Counted from the stretch's first letter, positions 42,854 to 53,937 are shown. The stretch is DNA of 64,000 bases from an uncultured Spirochaetota bacterium (GCA_963827275.1 CAWHAA010000005.1:745977-809976), one strand, 5' to 3'. Numbers and translations are program-made. The notes: a model not told the origin generated them from the letters alone.

Positions 42854-45800
42854 TCATTCCAGCACCCGTATCGTCTCCGTGATGCCGTAAATCTTCTCCA
42901 CGTACTCCCGCGCCGGCCTGTCCCAGTAATAGACGGAATTCTCCGCGTTTTTCCTCGCCTTCATGATCAATCCCTCGTCATTGCTCGGAAAAGAACTGCC
43001 TGGCCCGGTCCATGGCGTCGTAAAAGGCCCATGAATTGAAGTCGGAAAAGAGGAAGCCGTTCCCCTTGATCTCGTCGCCGCGCACCCGGACGGGAAACAC
43101 GGTGTCGCGGAGCCCGCCGGTCGCGCGGGCGACCACCAGGTTGCCCGCCGCGAACGCCTCGAGCTGCGAGATGCCGCCCGGCTCGTGCATCGACGGCATG
43201 AGGAACAGGTCGGTTGACAGGAGGGGGACGGTGATGTCCTGGAACCCGATCGACACGTTCACCATGTCCGGGTAGTACTGGCCCAGGAGCCACAGGCCGT
43301 GGGCGATCTCCTCGCCGCGCCGGTCGCCGGAGGAGACCGCGCCGCCGATGATGCCCTGGAACTTCAGGTTCTTTATGATCCCCTCCGAGGACTCGAGGAG
43401 GAGCTGGTACCCCTTCTGCTCCGATACGCGGTGAATGAACGAAAAGATCACGATGTCCGGATCGACACGGAGGCCGCGGCTGCTCTGCAGCAAGAGCTTG
43501 TTCTGCACGCGGAGGAGGATATCGCGCCGCTCCCGGTCTTCCACTGCGTCCACGGCTTTCGGGCCGTCCAGGATCTCGGGATACCGCTGCTCCAGCTTTC
43601 CCGCGCAGCGCGTCGTCCGCCCTGACACGCTCGACCAGGTCCGGGATGGGCCTTCACGGTGAAGCGGGAGGCCTTGAATTTCTTCGTCAGATTGCTCCTG
43701 AAGTCGCTGCCGATCGCGTTGCTGATGCCGATGACGTTCTTCAGAATGCGCTCGAGCCCGTCGCAGGCGTATTCGATCTGCTTCGCGTATGAGGGACTCA
43801 CGGTGATCGCGCGGTCCGCGAAGCGAATCCCCGCCGCCATGCAGTTCAGCCTTTCGGGATGGTCGGGGTCGCAGAAATCGCCCGCCGTCCACGAGGGAAG
43901 GTTGAACAGGTTAAACAGGTCAAACCCGTTGTCGATACGGTGGTAGGCGTCAAAGTACTGCCACCCGCCGTTGTGTATGATATGGAGAAACGTGTTCCTG
44001 GCGAAGTGGGGGCTCTCCCGGTACACGTGGTCGCATTTCACGATGCCGTTGAAAATCCCCGCGTACGCGTCGTTCGTAAAGGTGTAGGTGGGGTCAAGGT
44101 TGAACACCGCGATGACCTCGACGCAGGCCCGTGAAAACGCGACCCGCCGCCTGATCTTTTCCGCCGCGGTGACGCCCCAGTAGAGGCCGTCGAAAAACTC
44201 GTGGTGATCGAGCAGGTAGTAGCTGACCCCGTCCACCATCGGCGTGGTGGACGCCCACCTCGCAGTCGTCGCCCATGATCTTGAAGCGCACGGTCACCCC
44301 GGTGTAGGCGAGGCCGTACTTCTTCACGGCCTCCTGCATCTTCTTCACCGACTTGTCGTCGCCGTGCTTGTAGTAGCCCGAGATGACATGGACCTTCTCG
44401 CCCAGCTTGACGAGCTCGCGCGGCAGCTCGTACACCACGTTGGCCAGCCCGCCGCTCTTGGAAAAGGGCTCCGCCTCCGCCGACATGAAGACCAGGGAGC
44501 CCCGCCGGTTATGCTCGATGAGCGCGCCGCCCAGGGAGGCGAGGACGGGGTCGTCCCCGCGGGACATCCGCGCGGTGTAGTCGAGCACCGTTTTCCCGTC
44601 GATGATCCCGTTCCTGACCAGGTAAAAGGCCGCGCGCTTCAGCCCCAGCTCGAGCTTCTGGCGGTGCTCCTTCCAGAATATCGGCACAAGGTGCCCGCCG
44701 ATAAAGCCGGTGATCGCCTCGTAGGTCCCGCAGTTCTTCGCAAGCTCCGCGTAGGAAAAATTGCTCCCGATGCTCTCCACGTTCGACATCTCGCAGAGCC
44801 GGAAGAAGGAATCGCGTATGAACTCGTCGTAATGTCGGCTCGAGGTCAACCGGCTCGAGCTTCAGGAGCTTTACCCGCTCGGTGAAGGAAACGACCGTGT
44901 TGACGCGCGAGACCGTCAGCTCGCGCCCCGTGTAGTAGTTGTAGTGCCCGGTCAGGTTCGAAAAGAGCGGGTCGCTCAGCCGGTAGTGCGCGCCGGGCGG
45001 GATCGGCAGGACCGGGCTGTCGAACTGGATCGACACGCTCTGGTTCGAGTCGGCGAAATTGAAGACGCCGATCCAGACGGTCTCGCCGACGAACTTCGCG
45101 GCCGCGGCCACCATGGTGTTGTTGGCCCAGACGAGGTACCCCTTTCCCTTCTCGTCGCGGTGGAACCGGTACCAGTCGGCGTAGAAGGGCTGGAGGCTCC
45201 GGTGCGCCGCGTACTCGAACTGGTTCCAGTTGACGAAGATGTTGTCGAGGTAGACCTTCCAGCCCTCGCCCTCGGCGCTCCCCTCGTAGTCCATGATCGC
45301 GTTGCTCATGAAGCAGGTGAGCCCCACGGCGGCGCGCAGGCCCCGGAGGCCGAAGGTGTTCAGGGCGCGGCGCTCGTCGTGGTTGCCCAGTATCCCCAGC
45401 ATCTCGGTCCCCTCGGGGAGGACCGACGGGAAATAGCTGTCGTAGATATGGTAGATCTCGCGGACGTCGGTCTTTCCGTGGATTATGTTTTCGCAGATCT
45501 TGAAGAGCGAGGAGTTATAGGGGATGAGCCCGGTCCGGGTCAGGAAGCGCTCGTGGCCCCAGTAGCACTCGGCGATGTTCAGGAAAAAATTCTTGTTCTT
45601 CTCCCGCAGCTTCTTCTCGACGTTCAGCATGAGGTAGAAGTGCAGCGGGACGGCGATCAGGTCGCGGCAGGCCGAGTCGTAATAGCCGGTGGTGACGTAA
45701 TGGTCGTCCTCACGGTCGTTCACGATGATGGTCCCCTCGACCATGTCCGCGCTGTCGCGCTTGCGTTCGAACACGAAGGGGAAGTTGTTCTTCTTCATCA

Positions 45801-47719
45801 TGATGGGGACGGCGTGCGCCGAGTCGAAGCGTATGCCGTCAATATCGAACCGCTCGATCAGCCGCGGCGATCGAACTGGAGAGCCACTCCCACACCTCGA
45901 ACTTCCGGTAGTTCAGGAGCTTGCCGTCGTTCCACGAGCCGTACCGCCCGTCGGTGGAGGCCCGCACCACCAGGTTGCCGGAATCGTCGTAGGTGAGGAC
46001 CGAAAGGCTTTCCGGCAGGTGGTCGCTTGACCGGTTGATGTGGGGGATGATGTCCACGATAATCCTGATGTCCCGCGCGTGGGCGGCGCCGATGAGCTCC
46101 TTCAGGCCTTCGTCACCGCCCAGGGAGGGCTCGATCTCCACCAGGCTCATGGGGGAGAAGGGTGACGGCGACGAGGCGTTCGGCGCCCAGTCGTTCCGGT
46201 TCCTGCCCCGCCGCTGGACGCCCAGCAGATATATGGTCGTGACCGCGTAATTCTTCTTGATCTCGTCAAGGTGGGCCGTGATGTCGGAAAAACAACCGAG
46301 CCGTATCACCTCGCCATGCTCGTTGTAGACCAGGCCCGGGTGGCCGTTTCCCTTGGCCCACCAGGTGCGGGTATGGCCGTGGATGTCCGGGAAGATCTCG
46401 AGTACGATTTCACCCCTGATGTCCGGGACCGCGTTGACCCTGCCGGAGAGCCCCGGCAGTCCGACCCAGTCGGCGCGCTTCCGCTTCTTCGTGATCACCA
46501 CGAAATCATAGTGACCGTACTCCTCGAAACGGTATTCGGCCGCGTAGCGCTCTTCGCCCTCGCGCACCAGCGCGACCTCGGTTGCGTCGATGTCTTTTTC
46601 AAGGAAGATCCCGCCCTTCGCGGTATTGCGGTAGATGCGGAGATGGTAATCGCCCGGCGCTCCCGGAATTTCAAAGGTGAAACGGTACGGCTCGCCGATC
46701 CTTGCGTTCACGAAGCGGGTGGCAAGGGGCGCGTCGAACTCTTTTGGCGCGAAGGTCCTCTCAAGGAGGATGTTGGCCATGTTGCGAATCTCGTGGATAT
46801 CATGCCCGGACGCAGCGACCAGGAGCCGCACGATCTCACGGAGCGAGGCCTCGTCGTCCCCCGCCTTGTAGCGCCGCGCCAGCCGCTCCAGCGACTTCAC
46901 CGCCTCGAGGTTCCGGTGGTAGTGGAAATTCAGCTCGTCGCCGGGGAGTCGCGCGTCCAGCTCGCGCAGGTACTTGTGGCGGCTCGCCTCGCTGAATTTC
47001 CGTACCCGCTTTCCCGCCTCTTCGGCGGGGACTTCCTCGATCTCGAACTGCTGGGCATTCCGTATCACCTCGTCGACCAGGAAGTTCAGCGCGAACGATA
47101 TCTCGGGCGGGTACACGACCGTGTGGGTATACCCGGTCTGGACAGCCCGCTCCTCGATCATCAGGAGCTTGATGAAAGCGGCAAAGAGCCCGGACCCCGC
47201 TCGCTTCTGCTCGGCCATCAGCGCGTCAAAGGTCTTCAGGCCGAGGTATATGGAAGGTGTCTCTTTCCAGGGAGGCCCCTGCCCCACGTGGGAAATCACC
47301 GTGGTTTCGTTCGATATGTGGAAGAGCGTTGGAACGCCGGGGAGCTCTTTCACGATGACGAAGCGCCGGCCGATGATGCTGTCAAAATCGCCCGCGGCAA
47401 CTGCCCGGTGGGCGAAGACGATCGACGCGATGAGGCGGGACGAAAGCCGTATATCGCTCATGAGGCGGCCCCGCACGGTCTGGTCGCCCTTTGACAGCGC
47501 CTCGAACGCGCTGTTCCGCATGTCGATGAAGCGCTCGCGGAAGAACTCCGGCAGGTCGCCGGCGCGGATGCTCCGGACGATGTCGCCGTCGAGGTAAAAC
47601 TCGAAGCAGCGGTTGTCCGCGAAGGCCCGCGCGATCCCCTCCTTTACGATTTTATCCGAAAGGAGGTGCTCATCGGTTATGCGAAAACGGCACAGGCTGC
47701 TTGATATGACCGGTTCCAA
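42854..47719 (-). CDS. Large GH13 alpha-amylase-family + GT5 glycogen synthase fusion (~1,620 aa); about 5 apparent frameshifts
   Basis: GH13 regions DIIPHIN, DGIRFDSAH, IAECYW, LGNHDE; GT5 AEPFSKSGGLANV, IIHN, PSMHEPGGISQL, RATGGLRDTV. Confidence 0.8.
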
Positions 47720-47915
47720 TTATTCGATACCTCTCCCGTTTTCACTATATCCCGCCTCTATTGAGCGTCAATCGAAAAAACAAATATTCAAAATGCACAG
47801 GGAGGGGATTGCAGGACGGCCCCGCCATCACCCCCCGTGCCGCCGGCCACATTCCCCTATTTTATGTTTGACTTATTCCCTTGGTAATGATTAACAAGGG
47901 CTCTGGAGGCATGCC

Positions 47916-48710
47916 ATGAAAAATCATATTATACTACTGGCCGTGCTCGCGGCACTGCTGGCGCACCCGGCATGTAAAAAAAAGCCCGGGCAGGAACTTG
48001 GCGTAACAGTTCAGTTTTCGGCCGGTGATGTCCGGATTGTAACCGCCGCCGGGGAAAAGGCCGCGGTACCGGGGGACATCATAACATTTGACGACAGCAT
48101 CGTTACCGGCGCATCATCGGTCGTTGATCTTAATTTCGGCACCCGGGGTGTAATCAGGATCGTTGAGAACTCCAGGGTCACGATGGCCGCGCTCAGGGGA
48201 CCTTCAGGAAACGAGCAGGCGCAATTTGAAATGAAAACCGGAAAAGTAGTGGTGATTATGTCAAAGCTGTCAAAGGAGTCCGGCTTCAGCATCATAACGC
48301 CGACAACGCTCGCCGCGATCAGAGGGACCTCTTTCATGGTCGTATCTGATCCTACAAGTTCAAAAATTTATGTTCTAAAGGGAAGGATCCTTGTCCAGCT
48401 CGCGAAAGAGGGGAAACTGGCCGAGAATATCGAAAAAATCCTGGACGCGAACAAGAAAGTCGTTGTGAGCGAAGATCTCGTTAACCAGATCATCGCAGGA
48501 AAAAAAGAGATTGAAGTGGCGGCATTGACCCCGAAAGAGATATCGGATATCAAAGAAGAAATTAAAGACATAAAAACAAGCGACACGCTTGACCCGGAAG
48601 CCCGGAAGGAATTGAACGAGATAATCAGTGCCGAGGCAACACCTGAGGCGATCAAGAATAAAAAGCAGGAGACGAAGAATAAAGACATTCAGGCTATTCC
48701 TTCTTTGTAA
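47916..48710 (+). CDS. FecR-domain lipoprotein (LipL45-like)
   Basis: Lipoprotein signal ..HPAC; TPTTLAAIRGTSF FecR motif. Confidence 0.8.
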   Translation: MKNHIILLAVLAALLAHPACKKKPGQELGVTVQFSAGDVRIVTAAGEKAAVPGDIITFDDSIVTGASSVVDLNFGTRGVIRIVENSRVTMAALRGPSGNEQAQFEMKTGKVVVIMSKLSKESGFSIITPTTLAAIRGTSFMVVSDPTSSKIYVLKGRILVQLAKEGKLAENIEKILDANKKVVVSEDLVNQIIAGKKEIEVAALTPKEISDIKEEIKDIKTSDTLDPEARKELNEIISAEATPEAIKNKKQETKNKDIQAIPSL

Positions 48711-48752
48711 TGGTCTCTTTACCGGAATGTATCTCACTAATGGGGGGATTCT

Positions 48753-49649
48753 ATGAAACTATCATCGACGGCATCAGCGGCGTGTATCGCCGGATTTTTG
48801 CTGTTAGCGCTCTCCCTGCCGCTCCATGCGGCGGCGCAGCAAAAGCAGCCTGCAAAGCAACAAAAGCTGTACCAGGTCAAGAAAGCCAGGCCCGCCGCGG
48901 ACGGCGATCGCCAGTGGCATATAAGCGCCGGCTTCAGGGTCGGGTGCTTCTGGTGGCAGCCGGTATGGCAGAAGTACGTGGCCAATGAGTTCGGGAACGG
49001 GGTGGACAACTTCAAGTACCGGATGGGCCCAAACGCCATTTTCGGCCCCATGCTGAGTTTTACTTTCAACAAGCAGTGGAGCCTCTCCTGGAGTTTTCAA
49101 TATGGCCGGTATGACGCGAAGGCACGCGCCCTGATCTATTTCTCAGGGCTCCTCGTCCCGGGGAACATACATTTCAAGGTCGATAAGATGGACAGCGACC
49201 TGCTGGCCCTGGTGACCCTGACAAAATATGCAAAGCTTTTTTTCGGTCCCCGGTACCAGGGATACCAGTATAACGAAAAGTTCCTTCTCATCAAGTCAAC
49301 ACCGGTAAAATACCACTCCCTCTCTCTGGGGGTAGGCGCCGCTTTCACGGTGCCGCTCGGCGCAAGCTTCTACTTCCTGCCGAACATCTCCCTGGTTGGC
49401 CTTGTCGGCTGGGAGGAGTTCAACCCGTTGAAAATATCGTATACGCTTGATAGCGACGCCAGGATATCCGGCGCCCTGGGCTTCAACGCCAATGTGGACT
49501 TCGGCTATTTCGTCGTACCTGCCAGCGTCACGATCACGCTCGGGTTCCGCGTACAGTACCTTCATTATCTGCAGAAGGCGCGGGAATCCTACGGGAACGA
49601 CGCCGATATCTTTTTCGGACCGAGCCTTGCCGTTGTTTATACGTATTGA
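48753..49649 (+). CDS. Outer-membrane beta-barrel protein
   Basis: Signal peptide; alternating beta pattern; terminal aromatic AVVYTY. Confidence 0.75.
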   Translation: MKLSSTASAACIAGFLLLALSLPLHAAAQQKQPAKQQKLYQVKKARPAADGDRQWHISAGFRVGCFWWQPVWQKYVANEFGNGVDNFKYRMGPNAIFGPMLSFTFNKQWSLSWSFQYGRYDAKARALIYFSGLLVPGNIHFKVDKMDSDLLALVTLTKYAKLFFGPRYQGYQYNEKFLLIKSTPVKYHSLSLGVGAAFTVPLGASFYFLPNISLVGLVGWEEFNPLKISYTLDSDARISGALGFNANVDFGYFVVPASVTITLGFRVQYLHYLQKARESYGNDADIFFGPSLAVVYTY

Positions 49650-49690
49650 TCCCGGGTGGCAGTGTTCAGGGGGGGCAGAGCAATTCAGGG

Positions 49691-50122
49691 CCGATAGTTA
49701 TCGGTGATTCCCGGGGTCAGAGCAACCACCCCACCGATAGTTATCGGTGATTTCCCGGGGTCAGAGCAACCACCCCACCGATAGTTATCGGTGATTTCCC
49801 GGGGCCAGAGCAACCACCCCACCGATAGTTATCGGTGATTTCCCGGGGCCAGAGCAACCACCCCACCGATAGTTATCGGTGATTTCCAGGGGCCAGAGCA
49901 ACCACCCCACCGATAGTTATCGGTGATTTCCCGGGGCCAGAGCAACCACCCCACCGATAGTTATCGGTGATTTCCAGGGGCCAGAGCAACCACCCCACCG
50001 ATAGTTATCGGTGATTTCCAGGGGCCAGAGCAACCACCCCACCGATAGTTATCGGTGATTTCCAGGGGTCAGAGCAACCACCCCACCGATAGTTATCGGT
50101 GATTTCCAGGGGCCAGAGCAAA
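49691..50122. repeat. Tandem array of ten 44-bp units, each containing the palindrome CACCGATA-GT-TATCGGTG
   Basis: CCGATAG starts at 49691, 49734, 49778, 49822, 49866, 49910, 49954, 49998, 50042, 50086; no unique spacers. Confidence 0.97.
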
Positions 50123-50369
50123 AATAGACTGAAAGTACTCACACAATTTCCACTTTTAGCTTTTTACAGGGTGACAAGGGACACTGAATCGTTTTTCGGA
50201 TCAAACAGACTATCAATGGCCGAGCGGCTGGTATGCATTTTTTAGCCATCAATGTTTTTGTCATGTGGCCGCTTCTCATGGCATGCTCAAGCTGATGGAC
50301 AATGACCTGTTTATGGCTACCGCTTCAGTAGATTCGAGTATGCCTTCGTCCTTGAGAAAACCATTGAAA

Positions 50370-50507
50370 TAAAAAAATTTAAGCCCTCTGTCCATCGCTT
50401 TTTGTGTTAGAAAGGGCTTTATCTGAAAAGTAGCCGGTGCTGATAAAACGCGTTGTGTCCCCCGGGCCTTTTTTCGGAGAGGACGTAATTTCTTAGATAA
50501 TAATGAC
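50370..50507 (+). repeat. Dispersed non-coding element, copy A
   Basis: Aligns with 52548-52613 (about 5 differences in 67 nt) and more loosely with 57253-57388. Confidence 0.85.
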
Positions 50508-50510
50508 AAC

Positions 50511-50538
50511 AAAAAGGCTGTGAGCCTTTTTTATTTTT
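50511..50538. terminator. Short bidirectional terminator-like hairpin
   Basis: AAAAAGGCT-GTG-AGCCTTTTT followed by T-rich tract. Confidence 0.55.
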
Positions 50539-50766
50539 TATTTCAATACATATACATTAAATGAATTCATAAAATCAATGTAATCCAACAATGGTCCTGA
50601 AATAATATTTTTTCCGGCAATAATGAATGTGTGACTTTAATATAAACGTATATATATGATCAGTCGAGAAAATCTTCAATTTTGATCAGGTGGCAGTTCG
50701 GGAAATACGCGCGGGAGGTCACAGGACTCCACCGATGCGGCGTCCCGTGACAGGCCCGCACGGAGT

Positions 50767-51651
50767 TTAGAAGAGGTACGCTGCCGATACGGTTACACCG
50801 CCAAGCTGGTCGAAGAGCGTGGTGTAGTTCCCGAAATATTCGCGCGGGTCTTGCGTGATTAAGGCAAAGGTCATTAACTGGTAACGACCGCCCACTGACA
50901 GGATTATGTTCGCCGGCTCGATGAGATACGACAGCACCACCTCTTCTATACTCTTGAACCCGAGGTGTACGTTCGTTTTTCTCGCCTCAAACTGGACGTT
51001 CCTTTGCAGGGTGCCTGCCATTACATAGAGAGAAAGCTTTAAATCCAGCGTGAGGTTCTTCGCCAGCTCAAACCCGAGGTTGAAACCAAACCCGGGCCCG
51101 CAGTCATACTGAAACGAGCGGAGCGAACCCTTCATCGGGACCTCGATCGGCAGTACCGGCACAAAGCTTATGATCGCGTTGTATCCGCCGAAAAATTTGT
51201 TCACATCCACGTTCGCCGCGATAAATATGTCCACATATTTGTTCATCTTTTTGTATGCCCGCAGGTCGGCGTCATACTTTTCGATACGGGAGGCCGTGGT
51301 CCGCGCGAGATGGAGGCCGGTCAGGCCGAGCGTCAGGTTGTCCGACGAGAGTGAGAACTGGTTGTGCAGCGCCATCAGGAGCGTGAAGGAAAGTTTCCAT
51401 GATTCCGTGGCCTGCCAGGTAAGCACCGGTCCATACAGGGCGCTGGAATCCTTCATTGAAAAGGTGGACCTGATCGGCATTTTCCGGTCTTGCTGCTTAA
51501 AGTAATTTTTGGCAAAAGGGTTCCACCAGCCATACATGGCAATGGCGCCGACGCTGACGTCGCCCACCGCGGCGTTTGCAGTCGCGCTCCAGGTGGAAAT
51601 AGCACATGTGAAAACAAGGACAACGAGAAATAAATGAGATATTTTTTTCAT
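50767..51651 (-). CDS. Outer-membrane beta-barrel protein, same family as 48753..49649
   Basis: Signal peptide; WWNP motif (WWQP in the paralog); terminal SAAYLF. Confidence 0.75.
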   Translation of the reverse strand: MKKISHLFLVVLVFTCAISTWSATANAAVGDVSVGAIAMYGWWNPFAKNYFKQQDRKMPIRSTFSMKDSSALYGPVLTWQATESWKLSFTLLMALHNQFSLSSDNLTLGLTGLHLARTTASRIEKYDADLRAYKKMNKYVDIFIAANVDVNKFFGGYNAIISFVPVLPIEVPMKGSLRSFQYDCGPGFGFNLGFELAKNLTLDLKLSLYVMAGTLQRNVQFEARKTNVHLGFKSIEEVVLSYLIEPANIILSVGGRYQLMTFALITQDPREYFGNYTTLFDQLGGVTVSAAYLF

Positions 51652-51773
51652 GCCTGTACTCCTGCGGTGTAGTTATACCATCATATCGCCTTATGAAAAC
51701 GAAAAGTCAATCGTTTCTCTTTTTTATAAAACTTATTATTCGGGAATCGTTATAGAAACACAATGACGGTTTC

Positions 51774-52529
51774 ATGAAAAACATGCTACTCCGCATTATC
51801 TATCTATTGATCATGGCATTGTGTCCGTTAACCGCGGCGCGGGCCGCGGCGGCGGAACCGCTGGATGCCACACTTGTCTCCAAAAACATCAGCGGCACGG
51901 TCGAATATATCGAGGACCGGGGGCGCTGCCGGCGTGACGAATTACTGATATCAGGAATCTGCTTTCATAAAACCCTTGCCTGTCAGGCACCTTCTTCTTT
52001 TAATGTCCAAGAATTTCATACACCTGCAGCATGTTCAATAATAAATAATATTTCACGAAAAGCAGCTCCCGGAACACGAGGACCTTCCCGGATTGTTATT
52101 TATAAATATTTAATTATATCAGAACGCAGTGTGAGTAATTGCCAATAATACATCACAGGAGGGTATAATTATATCCTTGGCTCCTCGCCGACGGTCCGGA
52201 TCGGCGGCAACATCCAGAACTACAAATACCGGATATCGCACAAGGTCGGCATTGGCACCGAGTATCTGGCGCACAAAATGGTGCTCCTGAGCGCCGGCCT
52301 TTCCTACGAGACACAGGAAGTATACCCCTATGCGCAGAATATCTTTGACCCCAGCCTCTGCAATCTTGGCGTGGGACTCGGCGGGAAAATCATCATCAAT
52401 GAGATGATCAGCCTGGAGCTCGCTGTCGCGCGGTATTTCTTCATCCCGGCCCGCGCTCAGTTTGAGCTTGTCAAGATGACCAAGAGCATCACGAATTTCG
52501 GCATCGGCATCACGGTGAAGACCCTGTAA
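51774..52529 (+). pseudogene. Mosaic remnant: signal-peptide N-terminus, AT-rich unrelated insert, and C-terminal part of an OM barrel (FadL/OmpP1-like)
   Basis: Composition shifts at ~51945 and ~52165; frame from ~52161 reads GYNYILG...HKVGIGTEY...FGIGITVKTL with no upstream half. Confidence 0.55.
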
Positions 52530-52547
52530 GGTCCTTTCCCGGCGCTC

Positions 52548-52613
52548 TTTGTGTCAGAAAGGGCTTTATCTAAAAGGAGCTGGTGCTGATAAAACGCATT
52601 GTGTCCCCCGGGC
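52548..52613 (+). repeat. Dispersed non-coding element, partial copy B
   Basis: TTTGTGTCAGAAAGGGCTTTATCT...GATAAAACGCATTGTGTCCCCCGGGC matches 50401-50467. Confidence 0.85.
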
Positions 52614-52646
52614 AGGCACCCGGGAGGGGATAGAATCCTGTATAAT

Positions 52647-52692
52647 GACCTTCCCGGCGCCCCTGCCTTGCGGCAGGGCCCCCGGGAAGGTC
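52647..52692. terminator. Strong GC hairpin between convergent genes
   Basis: GACCTTCCCGG...CTGCC-TTGC-GGCAG...CCGGGAAGGTC. Confidence 0.5.
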
Positions 52693-52752
52693 GAAGTCAC
52701 GGATACGCCGTTGATCTCCGGGCTGAACTCCTCACCCGGCTTCGAGAGGCAA

Positions 52753-53688
52753 TCAATACCCCATCGTTTTCAGCTCGCTGACAACATCAACATAGAAGCC
52801 GGGAGCGTCAAAACCGGGAGTGATGCCGAACAGCTGGTTGACCTCTTCGAGATGGTCAACCCCGTTGGACCACCACGCGCCGGTGAGTTCGCCGCGCCAT
52901 TTCCCGAGCCTGGCGCTTGCAATGGAAACCAGGCCGTCGTTATCGCCCGCGCCCATGAGGTTCATAATCACCCAGAGAGGCGACATCAGGTCAAGGCCTG
53001 CATATTTGATCTTGCCACCCCATGACTGGTAATACACGCCTGCCACGTTCGGCGTCAACGGATTGAACACATTCTTCACATAGCTTGTCGTGAGATTATA
53101 GAGGGTTTGCATGCTGTTCTGGTCATCTTCATTATAATAGAATACTTCGGCGAATAGATTGACCGCTGACGAAATGACATCCGCAAGGGCGGGGCCGAGT
53201 ACCGGGATGCCGTTATGGAGGCTCCAGAGGAGGTCGGCAATTTCCGATCCCTGGTTGACGCCGCTGATGCTCGTCAGGGATGCGATATAGTTCCTTGCCG
53301 CTCCCTTGCCCGGGATGCTGCAATTGGCGGTAAGATACCGGCAGTCAAGGGGCCCCTGGGAATGGGCAATCAGGTTGACCTTCCCCCATCCAGGATTCAG
53401 CGCAAAGAGCTGGCCCAGTTCCACCGCAATCTGCTGGGCGCGGTCGGCGATGCTGCCGAAGGTGTCCTGGTTGGTGATATACACCTCTGCTCCTTCATCT
53501 TCAAGCGCGTCCGGTATGCGCCACCAGTAATTAACTCCCAGAATGTTTTCATCCTTAAAACCCGCGCCGTGAACAAGAATTATAGGATATTTTGTGGCGC
53601 ATTTTGCCGAGCTCCCGCCCGCATAGAGCGGCATCAAACTCAGCAAGAAAGCGGATAAAACCGTAGAAATAATGATTACTCTTCTCAT
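52753..53688 (-). CDS. Secreted triacylglycerol lipase (family I-like)
   Basis: TKYPIILVHG, NLIAHSQG, NDGLVS, DHLEEVNQ. Confidence 0.93.
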   Translation of the reverse strand: MRRVIIISTVLSAFLLSLMPLYAGGSSAKCATKYPIILVHGAGFKDENILGVNYWWRIPDALEDEGAEVYITNQDTFGSIADRAQQIAVELGQLFALNPGWGKVNLIAHSQGPLDCRYLTANCSIPGKGAARNYIASLTSISGVNQGSEIADLLWSLHNGIPVLGPALADVISSAVNLFAEVFYYNEDDQNSMQTLYNLTTSYVKNVFNPLTPNVAGVYYQSWGGKIKYAGLDLMSPLWVIMNLMGAGDNDGLVSIASARLGKWRGELTGAWWSNGVDHLEEVNQLFGITPGFDAPGFYVDVVSELKTMGY

Positions 53689-53759
53689 TGAATCCTCCCT
53701 ATTTAAAAATTAAATAAGTAAAGATATAGTGAACATTATTGCCGGATTGTTTATTTGAC

Positions 53760-53845
53760 TAAAAACCATCCAGCCGGTCTGTGATGAATATACCAACTGT
53801 CAATATGATTGTCTTGCCAAAGTAAGACCGCTGCTTGAAATGACA
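53760..53845 (-). promoter_or_regulatory. 86-bp duplicated promoter/operator upstream of the lipase (copy 1)
   Basis: Reverse complement of 57144-57229 with 5 mismatches; contains extended -10 TGGTATATT. Confidence 0.8.
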
Positions 53846-53937
53846 CTGAAATTAATTAGTCCGAAGAAATGATTGTAAGCCGCGTGCGCAGGGTAATATT
53901 AATCCGGGCATGGCGCTGTCCCGTCATCGGGGCCTCG

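Noticed and set aside
49691..50122. CRISPR array
   Set aside because: Sequences between the palindromes are near-identical rather than unique spacers, and there are no cas genes in the window
50276..50512. 78-aa minus-strand ORF over element A
   Set aside because: Homologous copy C has a stop and frame differences; no RBS
50401..52613. Diversity-generating retroelement TR/VR pair
   Set aside because: Repeats are non-coding, differences are not adenine-specific, and there is no reverse transcriptase
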